Shown: positions 1 through 9,581, counted from the stretch's first letter. The stretch is 32,820 nt of DNA from a virus (IMGVR_UViG_2541047822_000005); one strand, 5' to 3'. Notes: generated by a model not told the origin, from the sequence alone. Translations and numbers: made by a program.

Positions 1-483
1 ATGACGAAGAAAAAAGCACATAAACCTGGTTCAGCGACCATCGCGCTTAACAAGCGCGCCCGGCACGAATACTTTATCGAAGAAGAGTTCGAGGCGGGAC
101 TTGCCCTGCAAGGCTGGGAGGTTAAATCCCTGCGTGCAGGAAAAGCCAATATCAGCGACAGCTACGTCCTTCTGCGTGACGGAGAGGCATTTCTGTTTGG
201 CGCTAACATCACGCCAATGGCTGTGGCCTCCACGCATGTGGTGTGCGATCCTACCCGTACCCGCAAGTTACTTCTCAACCAGCGCGAACTGGACTCATTG
301 TACGGTCGCGTCAATCGAGAAGGCTATACCGTAGTGGCGCTCTCCCTGTACTGGAAAAATGCCTGGTGCAAAGTGAAAATCGGCGTCGCCAAAGGTAAGA
401 AACAGCATGATAAACGTTCAGATATCAAAGAACGCGAATGGCAGGTGGATAAAGCGCGTATCATGAAAAACGCCCACCGTTAA
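1..483 (+). CDS. smpB: SsrA-binding protein SmpB
   Basis: 160-aa ORF whose translation I recognise as enterobacterial SmpB; lies immediately upstream of ssrA as in the conserved smpB-ssrA locus. Confidence 0.95.
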
Positions 484-653
484 ACCTGCACTGCAATTAT
501 TGATCCGCTCCTCACCGCGCCTCCCTCTCCGGCGGCGCGAATGCACATCTTATTGGCTATCACATCCGACCCAAATGTTGCCATCCCATTGCTTAATCGA
601 ATAAAAATCAGGCTACATGGGTGCTAAATCTTTAACGATAACGCCATTGAGGC

Positions 654-683
654 TGGTCATGGCACTCATGAATCTGGTATACT
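654..683 (+). promoter_or_regulatory. putative ssrA promoter (-10 TATACT near 678-683, weak -35 TGGTCA)
   Basis: Sigma70-like hexamers about 15-20 nt upstream of the mature tmRNA 5' end; read by eye only. Confidence 0.4.
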
Positions 684-697
684 TACCGTTACACATT

Positions 698-1060
698 GGG
701 GCTGATTCTGGATTCGACGGGATTTGCGAAACCCAAGGTGCATGCCGAGGGGCGGTTGGCCTCGTAAAAAGCCGCAAAAAATAGTCGCAAACGACGAAAA
801 CTACGCTTTAGCAGCTTAATAACCTGCTTAGAGCCCTCTCTCCCTAGCCTCCGCTCTTAGGACGGGGATCAAGAGAGGTCAAACCCAAAAGAGATCGCGT
901 GGAAGCCCTGCCTGGGGTTGAAGCGTTAAAACTTAATCAGGCTAGTTTGTTAGTGGCGTGTCCGTCCGCAGCTGGCAAGCGAATGTAAAGACTGACTAAG
1001 CATGTAGTACCGAGGATGTAGGAATTTCGGACGCGGGTTCAACTCCCGCCAGCTCCACCA
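698..1060 (+). ncRNA. ssrA: tmRNA (transfer-messenger RNA)
   Basis: Begins GGGGCTGATTCTGGATTCGACGGG and ends GGTTCAACTCCCGCCAGCTCCACCA; 363 nt with the tag-peptide reading frame region, matching enterobacterial ssrA as I recall it. Confidence 0.9.
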
Positions 1061-1070
1061 AATAAATCAA

Positions 1071-1103
1071 GGGGTTACGTGAAAGCGTAGCCCCTTTTTC
1101 TTT
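1071..1103 (+). terminator. rho-independent terminator after ssrA
   Basis: GGGGTTACG / CGTAGCCCC stem with a 6-nt loop, followed by TTTTTCTTT. Confidence 0.5.
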
Positions 1104-1183
1104 AGTAGTGGCGGCAAAATGGCGACAGACTTTTGCGTCCATCTTGCCTGTCGCCATCTTGAAATCATGCAAAGAGGTTTCAC

Positions 1184-1666
1184 ATGGAAGAACTTCACTT
1201 TGTTTACATCAATGCAAATGGTCGTATCGGTGTTCACTCTATACAGAGCATCAGTTATAGCGAAAATCATATACAGGGCATTTGTAAGAACACCGATCGA
1301 ATAAAAACCTTCCGAAAAGACCGCATTCTTAAACAGTACGATTCACCAGAACAAGCCATTCAGGAGTGCGCGTCATTCCTCCCCGAAAACTACTCACATC
1401 TCACCAAGCAGTTTGGTCCGAAAAAAAATACATTCGATGTGTGTTTCACCGGATTTAAGAAAGCAGATAAAGAAAGATTGGTTGATAAGGCGAATGAACA
1501 AGGATTAACGGTAAGAACCTCTGTAACCCAAAGCCTTCAGATGCTCTGTTGCGGTTACAATGCAGGCCCATCAAAAGTATCGGCAGCCAGGATGAAAGGC
1601 ACAATCATCATAGATGAACCTGGCTTTATACATTTTCTTGAAACGGGTGAGATCCCAGATGAATAA
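1184..1666 (+). CDS. hypothetical cargo protein with WYL-like N-terminal region and BRCT-like C-terminal domain
   Basis: 160-aa ORF with an AGAGG ribosome-binding site 7 nt upstream. N-terminal KTFRKDRI resembles the WYL-domain R-x-F-R-x-D-R-I motif; the C-terminal half aligns by eye with the LigA-type BRCT fold. AT-rich relative to flanks. Located between attR and ogr. Confidence 0.6.
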   Translation: MEELHFVYINANGRIGVHSIQSISYSENHIQGICKNTDRIKTFRKDRILKQYDSPEQAIQECASFLPENYSHLTKQFGPKKNTFDVCFTGFKKADKERLVDKANEQGLTVRTSVTQSLQMLCCGYNAGPSKVSAARMKGTIIIDEPGFIHFLETGEIPDE

Positions 1667-1667
1667 A

Positions 1668-1695
1668 AACCTGCCGTAGCAGGTTCTCTTTCTCA
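1668..1695. terminator. bidirectional hairpin terminator between the cargo gene and ogr
   Basis: AACCTGC-CGTA-GCAGGTT hairpin with a T-run on the minus strand and CTCTTTCTC on the plus strand, between two convergent genes. Confidence 0.5.
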
Positions 1696-1911
1696 AAAAT
1701 TCATATGCCCCTGACCACCTGGCAATGGATGTGGAGGAGCAGTAGCAATCAGTGCGGGTGTCACAATAAACCGGACCACTGTTTCATGGGTAACAAAAGT
1801 ACTCCCGCAGTTAATATTTTGGCACTGGCAGTAACGCTCTTTGGTGCTTTCAGTTACTTGAAAACTGCTCCTTGTGTGTGCCGCATGACCACACTTTGGA
1901 CAATTCATCAT
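1693..1911 (-). CDS. ogr: Ogr/Delta-family zinc-finger late transcription activator
   Basis: Translation from the internal ATG (MMNCPKCGHAAH...RYCQCQNINCGSTF...PHPLPGGQ) gives a 72-aa C4 zinc-finger protein resembling P2 Ogr; the track ORF is longer at 1693..1956. Confidence 0.85.
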   Translation of the reverse strand: MMNCPKCGHAAHTRSSFQVTESTKERYCQCQNINCGSTFVTHETVVRFIVTPALIATAPPHPLPGGQGHMNF

Positions 1912-1979
1912 ATCCAGATCCCTACCTTTGCTATCAGAATCATTGTAATGATACACAAAATATCAATATTGAGAACACT

Positions 1980-3080
1980 TTATTCCATTTCAAGATCATC
2001 AATCTTCACTTCGAGTTCAATACTGGTTGTAAAACCGTTATCCGGGCTGACGGTATGTGTCAGAGTCGTAATGGTCCATTCCGCATCATCTATCGGCTGT
2101 TTAAAACCACTGACCTTCACAGGCATTTCCGTGTAGAGATCTGCCCGCCCTTCTGCCAGTTGTAGAGAAAATGACGCAACGCCGCGTTGCAGGCGTTCCC
2201 ACTGCATTTTCGCCGCTCGTTCGGCGTTGCTCCGGTTGGCATAAGTGCGATTAAGTACCAGCACGTTTTCATCCGTACCCACCAGGTAATCGCCCTGCTT
2301 CGCTTCTGGCTCTTTCTTCTGCTTCTTAGTTCTGCGCTTACGCTTCACCGTGGTGCTTTCTTTCTTCGCAGGTTCGCGGGTATGCAACCAGCTGGCAATT
2401 ACGCCCGTGTAGGCTCCGCGATCTGCCAGGGTAAATCGGTGACTGTCGCCGTCCTTGCGTGTGATAGTGATCACTGGCAGAGGTTTACCAGTGGCGCTTT
2501 TGCCCTGCCCCTGCCGGATGAATAACAGATTGCCATTTTTCACCGACGCGATGGCACCGTACTGTCGCGCCAGCCGCATCAGAAAACTGCCGTCACTCTC
2601 ATTAGTCTGGTCTATATGCTCCACGGGCTTATCCGACAGGTCTTTACCCAGTGCCATCTTCAGCTTGTGCCGCGCGGCTATTTCCTTCACCACTTCCCCG
2701 ACGGTGGTCTTATGCCACGATTTTTCACGGCGGGTATTCAGCGTTTCCCTAAAATCAGCACTTCGCGCCCGGATAGTCAGGCGATCCGGTGCGCCAGTGT
2801 GTTCAATCTCGTCCACCGTGAATGCCCCTTTCGGGAAAAGCGGCTGCCCCTTCCAGCCCAGCGCCAGCGTAATGACCGCACCACGGCGCGGCAGCACGAT
2901 TTTTCCGTCGGCGTCGTCCAGCTCCAGATCAAGCTGGTCCGCTTCAAAGCCCCGGTTATCCGTCAGCGTAAGCCCCATCAGGCGTTTGTCCAGCACAGTG
3001 GTGATATCCTTCCCCTCAATACTGATGCTGAATGCGGGAGTTTTGTTGCCTTTGTTAAGCAGTTCAGAGCTGAAATTCAC
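1980..3080 (-). CDS. D: tail protein D (late control gene D family)
   Basis: 366-aa ORF in the P2 gpD position, overlapping the U stop by 4 nt (ATGA); translation resembles the gpD family. Confidence 0.85.
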   Translation of the reverse strand: MNFSSELLNKGNKTPAFSISIEGKDITTVLDKRLMGLTLTDNRGFEADQLDLELDDADGKIVLPRRGAVITLALGWKGQPLFPKGAFTVDEIEHTGAPDRLTIRARSADFRETLNTRREKSWHKTTVGEVVKEIAARHKLKMALGKDLSDKPVEHIDQTNESDGSFLMRLARQYGAIASVKNGNLLFIRQGQGKSATGKPLPVITITRKDGDSHRFTLADRGAYTGVIASWLHTREPAKKESTTVKRKRRTKKQKKEPEAKQGDYLVGTDENVLVLNRTYANRSNAERAAKMQWERLQRGVASFSLQLAEGRADLYTEMPVKVSGFKQPIDDAEWTITTLTHTVSPDNGFTTSIELEVKIDDLEME

Positions 3081-3562
3081 GACAGCAGCCCTCCCACCGT
3101 TTTACTGATATCGCTTAAGGCAGACGTTGCCGTATCCTGCAAATTATTCAGCTGCGCACTGAGATCACCGAACATATCGGACAGGGATTCATCCACCCGT
3201 TTGAGCGACAGGGTAAACTCAATCCGGCGCGGCATACCATCGCGGAAAAACTCCGTTTTAGTCTGATTCAGTCCCTCAATCACATACATGCCGTAAATCG
3301 TGCCGCTGCCTTCAATCAGGGGCCATGCTTTTCCCTGTTCTGCCATCTGCTCCAGAGCCAGCAACGACAGCCTGCCGCCCGTTATCTCCGGCATAAGAAC
3401 ACCAGAAAGCGTCAGCATGTCGTTGTCCGGTCCCAGAAATTGCGTGGACGGACGACGGTTTACCCGGCTGTTTGCCGCATGTCGCCAGCTGCGTTGATAC
3501 TGCAGTTCCTGATACGGAACGGTGCGCAGCATAAACACGTACAATCCCAGCACCATCATCAT
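3077..3562 (-). CDS. U: tail protein U
   Basis: 161-aa ORF with gpU-like translation and position; start overlaps the T stop. Confidence 0.85.
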   Translation of the reverse strand: MMMVLGLYVFMLRTVPYQELQYQRSWRHAANSRVNRRPSTQFLGPDNDMLTLSGVLMPEITGGRLSLLALEQMAEQGKAWPLIEGSGTIYGMYVIEGLNQTKTEFFRDGMPRRIEFTLSLKRVDESLSDMFGDLSAQLNNLQDTATSALSDISKTVGGLLS

Positions 3563-6500
3563 GCGTCGTATCCCCCCTGATCGCTGTAGTTACTCCTGGC
3601 TTTTGCCTTCAGCCTGCGTTCACGTTCATCAAGCTGGCGTGCCACCTCCCGCGCAATATCCTGCGCACTTTGTCCTGGCTGCGTCTGAATGATGATCTGC
3701 GTCGGTGCCTCAATCCGGTGAACGGGCGGTACAGTGGCTGCACGACTCACCATCGCTTCGCCGCCTTTCGCGGGAAGTGCCAAAGGATGCAACGGTGGAA
3801 GCTCTGCAGGCGCGGCAGCAACGCCCATCGTTCCGGCAACAACGGCAGCCAGTGCAGCTGTATTTCTCCGGCTGGTCACATTTGCCGGGCCGTTAACAAT
3901 TTCCGGCCCGTTTTCACCGACGATGCCAAACTGCCCGCGCGGGATATAGCCGCCGCTGTCATACATCCCCGCAAAGCCATATCCCCATGACGGAAAACCA
4001 CCCGGTGGCATCATCACTTTACCGTCTGCATTCACCGTCGCAGGTTGCTGACGCGTCACTCTTTCCGGCAGTTTCGCCTTTGCAGCCTCTTTACTGACAA
4101 TGCCGAGTTTCTCCAGCAACCAGGAAACGCCGGATTTCAGGGAGTCCAGCGGATGCATGACCATATTCAGCCCTTCCGCCAGTGCCTCCCCGAATCGTCG
4201 CCCCATTGCCGCTGCACTCTGCAGTTCGGCAGAGGTCGACTTAACGGGCGTAAGCAGATCAGTAAACCAGCCCCACAGCGCCTGTACTTTGTCGCCAATC
4301 CACTGAAACACAGGCTTAAGTGGTTCGAATGCAGCACTGATGGGACCTGCCGCCGCTTTGAATCCTTCCACCACGCCACCGAGAAATGCGGTGATGGGTT
4401 GCCAGTATTTCCAGACAACCAGCGCCACGCCCGCCAGTGCAGTAACCACAAGACCTATCGGACTGAGCAGAGCACCTAACAGACCAGATATGGCATACAG
4501 GGCAACGCGCAGCATCGCCAGCGGACCAGATGCAAGCACACGAAGCACCGCGCCTGCGGCAGCCAGTCCACCGCGCAGTACCGCCAGAGGATTCATAAAC
4601 ATCACAGCAACAGCACGTAAACCGGATAATCCAGACCGCAAAAGTGCAACCGGCGCACCTGCTACAGTTTTAAGGACATTTCCCGTCAGTGATGCCGTGC
4701 GGCGCAAAGACGACAACGGCGCAGTAAGTAAACCTGCGGCGTTGCCCGATGAAGCAAGCCCGCGTCGCAGCAGTGCCAGTGGTGCGCCAGCCAGCCAGGA
4801 CAACGCGCTGCTGGTTCGAGTTACTGCTGCCGTAACGGAAGATAACGTTTTGATACCCAGCACAGAGAATCCCAGACGGATCACTGCCAGCGGCCCCAGC
4901 ACTGCAGCCAGCGCCACCGCTAAGGTGCCGAGGCCGACGGTAACCGCAGCCACAACAGCCGATGCTTTCATCAGTGTGCCTGTCAGTTCCGGGTTAGCTT
5001 CCACCCAGCGACGCAACGCCCCCGTGACGCTTTTCACCGTGTACAGAATATCCATCAGCGGCTGGCGCAGCGTTTCGCCCAGGCTGCTGAAGGTGTTCTG
5101 CGCTCCGGTTTTGACCAGCAACCACTGCGCAGAAAGTGAATCCTTGTTAATGTCGGATTCTTTCTGCATGGAGCCGAGCGCATCATTGCCCGCTGTCAGT
5201 TTTAACTGACGCTGCAGTTCCGGCAGGTTGTTTGCCAGTTTCGCCGCGTCATCGCCAAACTCTTTACCAAACAACATAGTCATGGCAGACAGGCGCTTGT
5301 CCTGCGGCAGCGCGTTTACCTTCTCCAGCACGCGCTGGATGGTTCCCATCGCATCCTTCGTCATCTGCTTTTCAATCACTTCAGGATTGAGTTTCAGCAG
5401 ATTCATCCCTTCAAAGAAACTTTTGCTTTGCATGGTGGCAATGGACAATTCACGCACCATCGCGTTTGCTGCACTGGCTGCAACCTCTGGCGCAGCGCCC
5501 AGTGTCAGGAAGGTGGAACCCAGCGCCGCCGCTTTACGATAATCCAGACGGTCAGCCACACCGCCCAGACGTTGCATCACATCAATGATGTCTGCCCCTT
5601 TCGACATGGCGTTATCATCCAGATAGTTCAGCGCATCACCGAGCTGTTCAATATTGCGGGTGGGGATTTTGTAGAGCTGGGCGATTTTCCCCAGACTTTC
5701 TGACAGTTCATCCGCTGGCAGCTCAAAGGCTGTTGCCGCCTTTGCTGCCGTACTGGCGAAGGCCAGCAGGTCACGTTTCTGATCTTCCCAACTGTCGTCA
5801 GGGTTTGCGACGTTCATGCGCGCACCACCTTCAACCAGTGCAGCGAAATCCACAGCACCGTTTTCCATCGGCAACTGTTCGCTGGCAGCCTTGATGGCAT
5901 CCTGCATTTCATAAAAACGTGCAGTGCGGTTGCCATTATCGTCACGCAGACCATTGACCTGCTTTGCCACACCTTTCATGGCATCTTCCATGCTGGTATA
6001 GCTTTTTACTGCCGCCATCACTGGTGCGCCCATTGCCAGCCCTGCAGCCGTGGTGGTGGCTCCGGCACCTGCAATACGATCACGCACCTCCAGCGAACGG
6101 GCATAACTGGCACGCGCTGCATTCATCCTGCGCTGAGCTTCCCCCAGTCGCTTCAGCCGCGCCTCCTGTTTCGACAGTTCCTGGTTATAACGTGATGTTT
6201 CACGGGCTAAACGGGCAGTTGCTCCCGCATCGTCTTTCGCAGAAATTCCCGCCCGGTACAGTTCAGCACGCACAAGCGCCGTCTGCTGCTGCAGCTTTTT
6301 CTGGCGTTCTTCCAGGCGCTGAACAGCCAGCCGTTGACGGCCCAGAGCAACAACCTGACGTTGCGAAGGCGGCCCCATCGCTCCCAGTTCCTGACTGAGC
6401 AAATTTGCACGCTGGCGGGCATAGTTCAGCCTGTCGCCTAATTTCTGATTTTCTGCCTGCAGCTTTCGGAAGCTGTCCAGACTGCTCCCGGCCTGATCAA

Positions 6501-6636
6501 GCTGCTTTATTGCATCGCGGGATTTTTTGACAGCAGCAGCCAGTTCTCTTGAACTGGCCTGCGCAGATCGAAATGGGCGGGTGAGCTTGTCAACCGCATT
6601 AAGAATGACCTGCAGGCGCAGGTTATTATCACTCAT
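3559..6636 (-). CDS. T: tail tape-measure protein T
   Basis: 1025-aa protein with a coiled-coil N-terminal part and Ala/Gly-rich hydrophobic repeats; located between E/E' and U. Confidence 0.9.
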   Translation of the reverse strand: MSDNNLRLQVILNAVDKLTRPFRSAQASSRELAAAVKKSRDAIKQLDQAGSSLDSFRKLQAENQKLGDRLNYARQRANLLSQELGAMGPPSQRQVVALGRQRLAVQRLEERQKKLQQQTALVRAELYRAGISAKDDAGATARLARETSRYNQELSKQEARLKRLGEAQRRMNAARASYARSLEVRDRIAGAGATTTAAGLAMGAPVMAAVKSYTSMEDAMKGVAKQVNGLRDDNGNRTARFYEMQDAIKAASEQLPMENGAVDFAALVEGGARMNVANPDDSWEDQKRDLLAFASTAAKAATAFELPADELSESLGKIAQLYKIPTRNIEQLGDALNYLDDNAMSKGADIIDVMQRLGGVADRLDYRKAAALGSTFLTLGAAPEVAASAANAMVRELSIATMQSKSFFEGMNLLKLNPEVIEKQMTKDAMGTIQRVLEKVNALPQDKRLSAMTMLFGKEFGDDAAKLANNLPELQRQLKLTAGNDALGSMQKESDINKDSLSAQWLLVKTGAQNTFSSLGETLRQPLMDILYTVKSVTGALRRWVEANPELTGTLMKASAVVAAVTVGLGTLAVALAAVLGPLAVIRLGFSVLGIKTLSSVTAAVTRTSSALSWLAGAPLALLRRGLASSGNAAGLLTAPLSSLRRTASLTGNVLKTVAGAPVALLRSGLSGLRAVAVMFMNPLAVLRGGLAAAGAVLRVLASGPLAMLRVALYAISGLLGALLSPIGLVVTALAGVALVVWKYWQPITAFLGGVVEGFKAAAGPISAAFEPLKPVFQWIGDKVQALWGWFTDLLTPVKSTSAELQSAAAMGRRFGEALAEGLNMVMHPLDSLKSGVSWLLEKLGIVSKEAAKAKLPERVTRQQPATVNADGKVMMPPGGFPSWGYGFAGMYDSGGYIPRGQFGIVGENGPEIVNGPANVTSRRNTAALAAVVAGTMGVAAAPAELPPLHPLALPAKGGEAMVSRAATVPPVHRIEAPTQIIIQTQPGQSAQDIAREVARQLDERERRLKAKARSNYSDQGGYDA

Positions 6637-7065
6637 CGTTGGCCCCGCTTCTCTGAATCGCTTTATACCGCCATTCCAGCACTTCGGTCAGCGGCATAAC
6701 GTCAGTAACGGATGGCGGCCAGTGAAAGATGGTGGCGATATCAGCCACCAGATCGTCAACCGTCAGGCTGTCGGTAAACCGGCAAGCACCGACTTCTTCA
6801 ACAAAAAAGTGACAACCTCAACCGACATGGCAGTGAGATCTGCCGGGTCCATCTCTGCAATTTCCTGTGCAGTCAGTGCCGGACTGGAGATGCGGGGGAT
6901 CACGGTCATCATCGCGTTCACATCCATATCCATAATGGCCTGCAGGCGTGTACCGCGCAGCGCACCGGACTGCGGTTTACGCAGCACAATTTCGGTGATT
7001 TCTGTTTTACCGCGCTTGATGGGGGTATCCAGTTGAATAGTCTTTTCAGTCTGCTTATCGCTCAT
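6629..7065 (-). CDS. E': E+E' tail assembly chaperone made by -1 programmed ribosomal frameshift
   Basis: Slippery T_TTT_TTG at about 6802-6808 on the minus strand. Hand translation of the -1 frame continues about 57 codons to a stop at 6629-6631, just overlapping the T start, giving a product of about 145 aa. Confidence 0.6.
6763..7065 (-). CDS. E: tail assembly chaperone E
   Basis: 100-aa ORF upstream of T ending ...VVTFLLKKSVLAGLPTA, with a TTTTTTG slippery heptamer near its 3' end. Confidence 0.85.
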   Translation of the reverse strand: MSDKQTEKTIQLDTPIKRGKTEITEIVLRKPQSGALRGTRLQAIMDMDVNAMMTVIPRISSPALTAQEIAEMDPADLTAMSVEVVTFLLKKSVLAGLPTA

Positions 7066-7119
7066 TTTGCTGTCCTGTAAATTGGGTTCTGGCGCGGTAT
7101 CCCGCGCCGTTCAGATACA

Positions 7120-7635
7120 TCAGAGGCCGAGGGCGTTGCGGTGCGCTTCCATCAGGTCCACACCGTCCACAATTTCCACCATGTTGATAAGGTCCACTTC
7201 ATAGAGCACCTCACCATTTATAGTCAGCTTCGCGTAGCTGTTGGTACTGGTCACTTTGGTGGTGTTGCTTTCGCCCGTCTTCCACTCGCCGGAATCCACT
7301 TCTTTGTGACGTCCACGCACCACAAGCTCCACGGCCTGCACTTCCCCGGTATCGTCACGCTGGATAGAGCCGGTAAAGCGCAACTGGATACCATCCACCG
7401 TGGCTTTGCCCATCTGCTTAAACAGCAGCAGTTCAGTACCACCAATGGAAAATTCCGTATCCAGTGCGCCGTCATCCAGCCCCAGATCCACATCCACTGC
7501 ACCCGGCATTCCGCCGCCGCGATACTTCTCATATTTGCGGGTAAATTTCGGCAGCGTCAGCGACTCAACGATCCCCTGCCAGTTGTTCCCGTCATTAAAC
7601 AGGTTCAGGTGTTTTAATTTGCGTGGTAAAGCCAT
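7120..7635 (-). CDS. FII: major tail tube protein FII
   Basis: 171-aa ORF with gpFII-like translation directly downstream of the sheath gene. Confidence 0.9.
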   Translation of the reverse strand: MALPRKLKHLNLFNDGNNWQGIVESLTLPKFTRKYEKYRGGGMPGAVDVDLGLDDGALDTEFSIGGTELLLFKQMGKATVDGIQLRFTGSIQRDDTGEVQAVELVVRGRHKEVDSGEWKTGESNTTKVTSTNSYAKLTINGEVLYEVDLINMVEIVDGVDLMEAHRNALGL

Positions 7636-7644
7636 GTTGTCCCC

Positions 7645-8817
7645 TTACGCGCTGACCTGGCTGGAGAAATTCACCAGGTACTGATCGGTGATGCGCTGAC
7701 GCAGCATCAGGTTTTCAAGTGGCGGCACTGGCGTGTAGTCGTAGTCGATGGTGAGTTTTCCGGCTTTCAGCGTGTCTTTGTCGTTCACCGACTCATCCAG
7801 CCAGCAATCACCACCAATGAGATAGCCCTGACTGACCAGGCTGCGCATTTTGGCGCGGATACCCTCGATAATGTCGCGGGCCAGCGACGGATTCAGCGGT
7901 TTATCCACCGCCCACATGTGCGCTTCTGCCATCGTGTCCGTCAGCACCTGCGCCGTGCGGGTGTAGTTTTCGAAGGCAAAGAGCGGGTCATCACTCAGGC
8001 AGCGGGAACCCCAGAAGCGAAAACCGTCTTTGCGGATAAGGGTGGTGACGTCGTTCTGGTTCAGCAGTCCCGCATCGGTTGCCGGGTCCTGCAGATCCCA
8101 GAACACATCAGCAGAAATTCCGGTGACACCGTTAACGCCCACGTTGGACAGGCTTTTGTGCCATCCGGTCTGCTCGTCAATTTTGGCGCGCAGACCAAGC
8201 GCACGGGCGGTGGCATAAGCCGTTGCTTCGGCATTCAGCACCGTGTCCCAGCCAGTAAAGTCGGGCCAGATCAGCATTCCTTCACGCTGACTGAAGTTTT
8301 CACGGTAAGTGATTGCTTCCTGCACTGTCTTGCAACCATACGCTGACAGGTAAGCAAATCCACGCAGGCTTTGCGCCACGCTCAGCAACTCAGTAGCTAC
8401 CGCCTTCGTGTCGTGACCTGGCACGCCGAGAATGCGCGGTTTAACGCCGAGCTGTGACTGGGCAGATAACAGGGCTTTCATGCCTGTTTTTTTACCTTCA
8501 GCGGTCACTGCGCCGATGATATTGGTCGTGGTTTCGTCTTCCGTTTCACCCTGCGGCACACGCACAACAACGGTCACGGGTTTTGCCTGGTCAGCGATGG
8601 CATCCAGCGAACGAGCCAGCGTGCCTGACTCACCCGCTTTACCGCTGGCAGTCAGCACATCAGTGATCAGCACGGGTTTATTAAGAGGAAACATTTTTGC
8701 ATCGGCATCATCGCCCGTGCAGACCATACCCACGATGGCGGTGCTCACCGTGGTAATGGATCGGGTGCCTTCGTTGACTTCAACAACGCGCACCCCGTGG
8801 TGGTAATCCTGAGCCAT
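7645..8817 (-). CDS. FI: contractile tail sheath protein FI
   Basis: 390-aa ORF with gpFI-like translation; first gene of the tail operon. Confidence 0.9.
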   Translation of the reverse strand: MAQDYHHGVRVVEVNEGTRSITTVSTAIVGMVCTGDDADAKMFPLNKPVLITDVLTASGKAGESGTLARSLDAIADQAKPVTVVVRVPQGETEDETTTNIIGAVTAEGKKTGMKALLSAQSQLGVKPRILGVPGHDTKAVATELLSVAQSLRGFAYLSAYGCKTVQEAITYRENFSQREGMLIWPDFTGWDTVLNAEATAYATARALGLRAKIDEQTGWHKSLSNVGVNGVTGISADVFWDLQDPATDAGLLNQNDVTTLIRKDGFRFWGSRCLSDDPLFAFENYTRTAQVLTDTMAEAHMWAVDKPLNPSLARDIIEGIRAKMRSLVSQGYLIGGDCWLDESVNDKDTLKAGKLTIDYDYTPVPPLENLMLRQRITDQYLVNFSSQVSA

Positions 8818-8893
8818 AGTGGCGAACCTCCTGATTGGATTAGGCTTCGCCCTATGTTGAAGTGATTGTGCCTGACAAACAGCTAAGCGCAGT

Positions 8894-8911
8894 TGTACCG
8901 TTATTCACACA
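8894..8911. promoter_or_regulatory. putative Ogr-dependent late promoter element (TGT-N12-ACA) for the FI operon
   Basis: TGTACCGTTATTCACACA dyad about 80 bp upstream of the FI start, consistent with the TGT-N12-ACA element of P2 late promoters. Confidence 0.5.
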
Positions 8912-8959
8912 AAATGACGGTATTTGTCTACTTTCAGGGATAATCAAAATAAAGCTGAT

Positions 8960-9532
8960 TCAGGGAGATTTATTGTTCTTATTTGCCGGAAATTTTCGAT
9001 AAATGGTAGAAACGCCTACATCAAAAATCAGTGCAATACGCTGTCTTGATTCTCCGGCCTCGAGTAAACGCCCAATCTGTGCCCACTGTTCGCTGGTCAA
9101 CTTAGGACGGCGTCCACCTACTCTGCCTTTAGCACGAGCTGCAGCCAGCCCCGCCCTGGTACGTTCAACTATCAGTTCGCGTTCCATTTCAGCCAGGGCA
9201 CCCATGACATGAAAAAAGAAACGGCCCATTGGGGTGCTGGTATCAATACTGTCAGTCAGGCTTCGGAAATTCACGCCACGCTGGCGCAGCTCTTCTATCA
9301 GCGTAACAAGATGCCGCATACTGCGCCCCAGTCTGTCCAGCTTCCAGACAACCAGCGTGTCTCCTGCCGATAGTGTCCTGAGCAGCTTTTTCAGCCCCGG
9401 TCTGTCGGACTTGGTGCCACTGATTTTATCCTCAAAAATCCGCTCACATCCCGCACAGTTCAGTGCATTGCGTTGCAAATCGGTGTTCTGGTCATTTGTT
9501 GACACGCGTACATAGCCAATAAGCATGATCAT
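8960..9532 (-). CDS. Hin/Gin/Pin-family serine DNA invertase
   Basis: 190-aa ORF with the serine recombinase N-terminus IGYVRVSTNDQ and a C-terminal HTH; sits beside inverted crossover sites flanking the tail-fibre 3' region. True start may be 2 codons downstream. Confidence 0.9.
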   Translation of the reverse strand: MIMLIGYVRVSTNDQNTDLQRNALNCAGCERIFEDKISGTKSDRPGLKKLLRTLSAGDTLVVWKLDRLGRSMRHLVTLIEELRQRGVNFRSLTDSIDTSTPMGRFFFHVMGALAEMERELIVERTRAGLAAARAKGRVGGRRPKLTSEQWAQIGRLLEAGESRQRIALIFDVGVSTIYRKFPANKNNKSP

Positions 9533-9581
9533 CCCCCTGAATAAAAACCGGAGATGATGCCAGTTAGCCGTTATCTCTGCA

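Noticed and set aside
101-334. ORFs antisense or out of frame within smpB (31..237 minus, 101..334 plus).
   Set aside because: Contained within the conserved smpB reading frame; no support.
1067-1304. Small ORFs 1067..1270 (minus) and 1119..1304 (plus) next to ssrA.
   Set aside because: They overlap the ssrA terminator and the promoter/5' end of the 1184..1666 gene and have no ribosome-binding site or recognisable product.
4340-5209. 289-aa plus-strand ORF inside the tape-measure gene; similar long antisense ORFs at 2455..3266, 11309..11950, 19352..20014 and 21382..22221.
   Set aside because: They lie entirely antisense to well-supported structural genes, have Ala/Arg/Ser/Pro-rich low-complexity translations typical of GC-rich shadow frames, and have no independent start signals.
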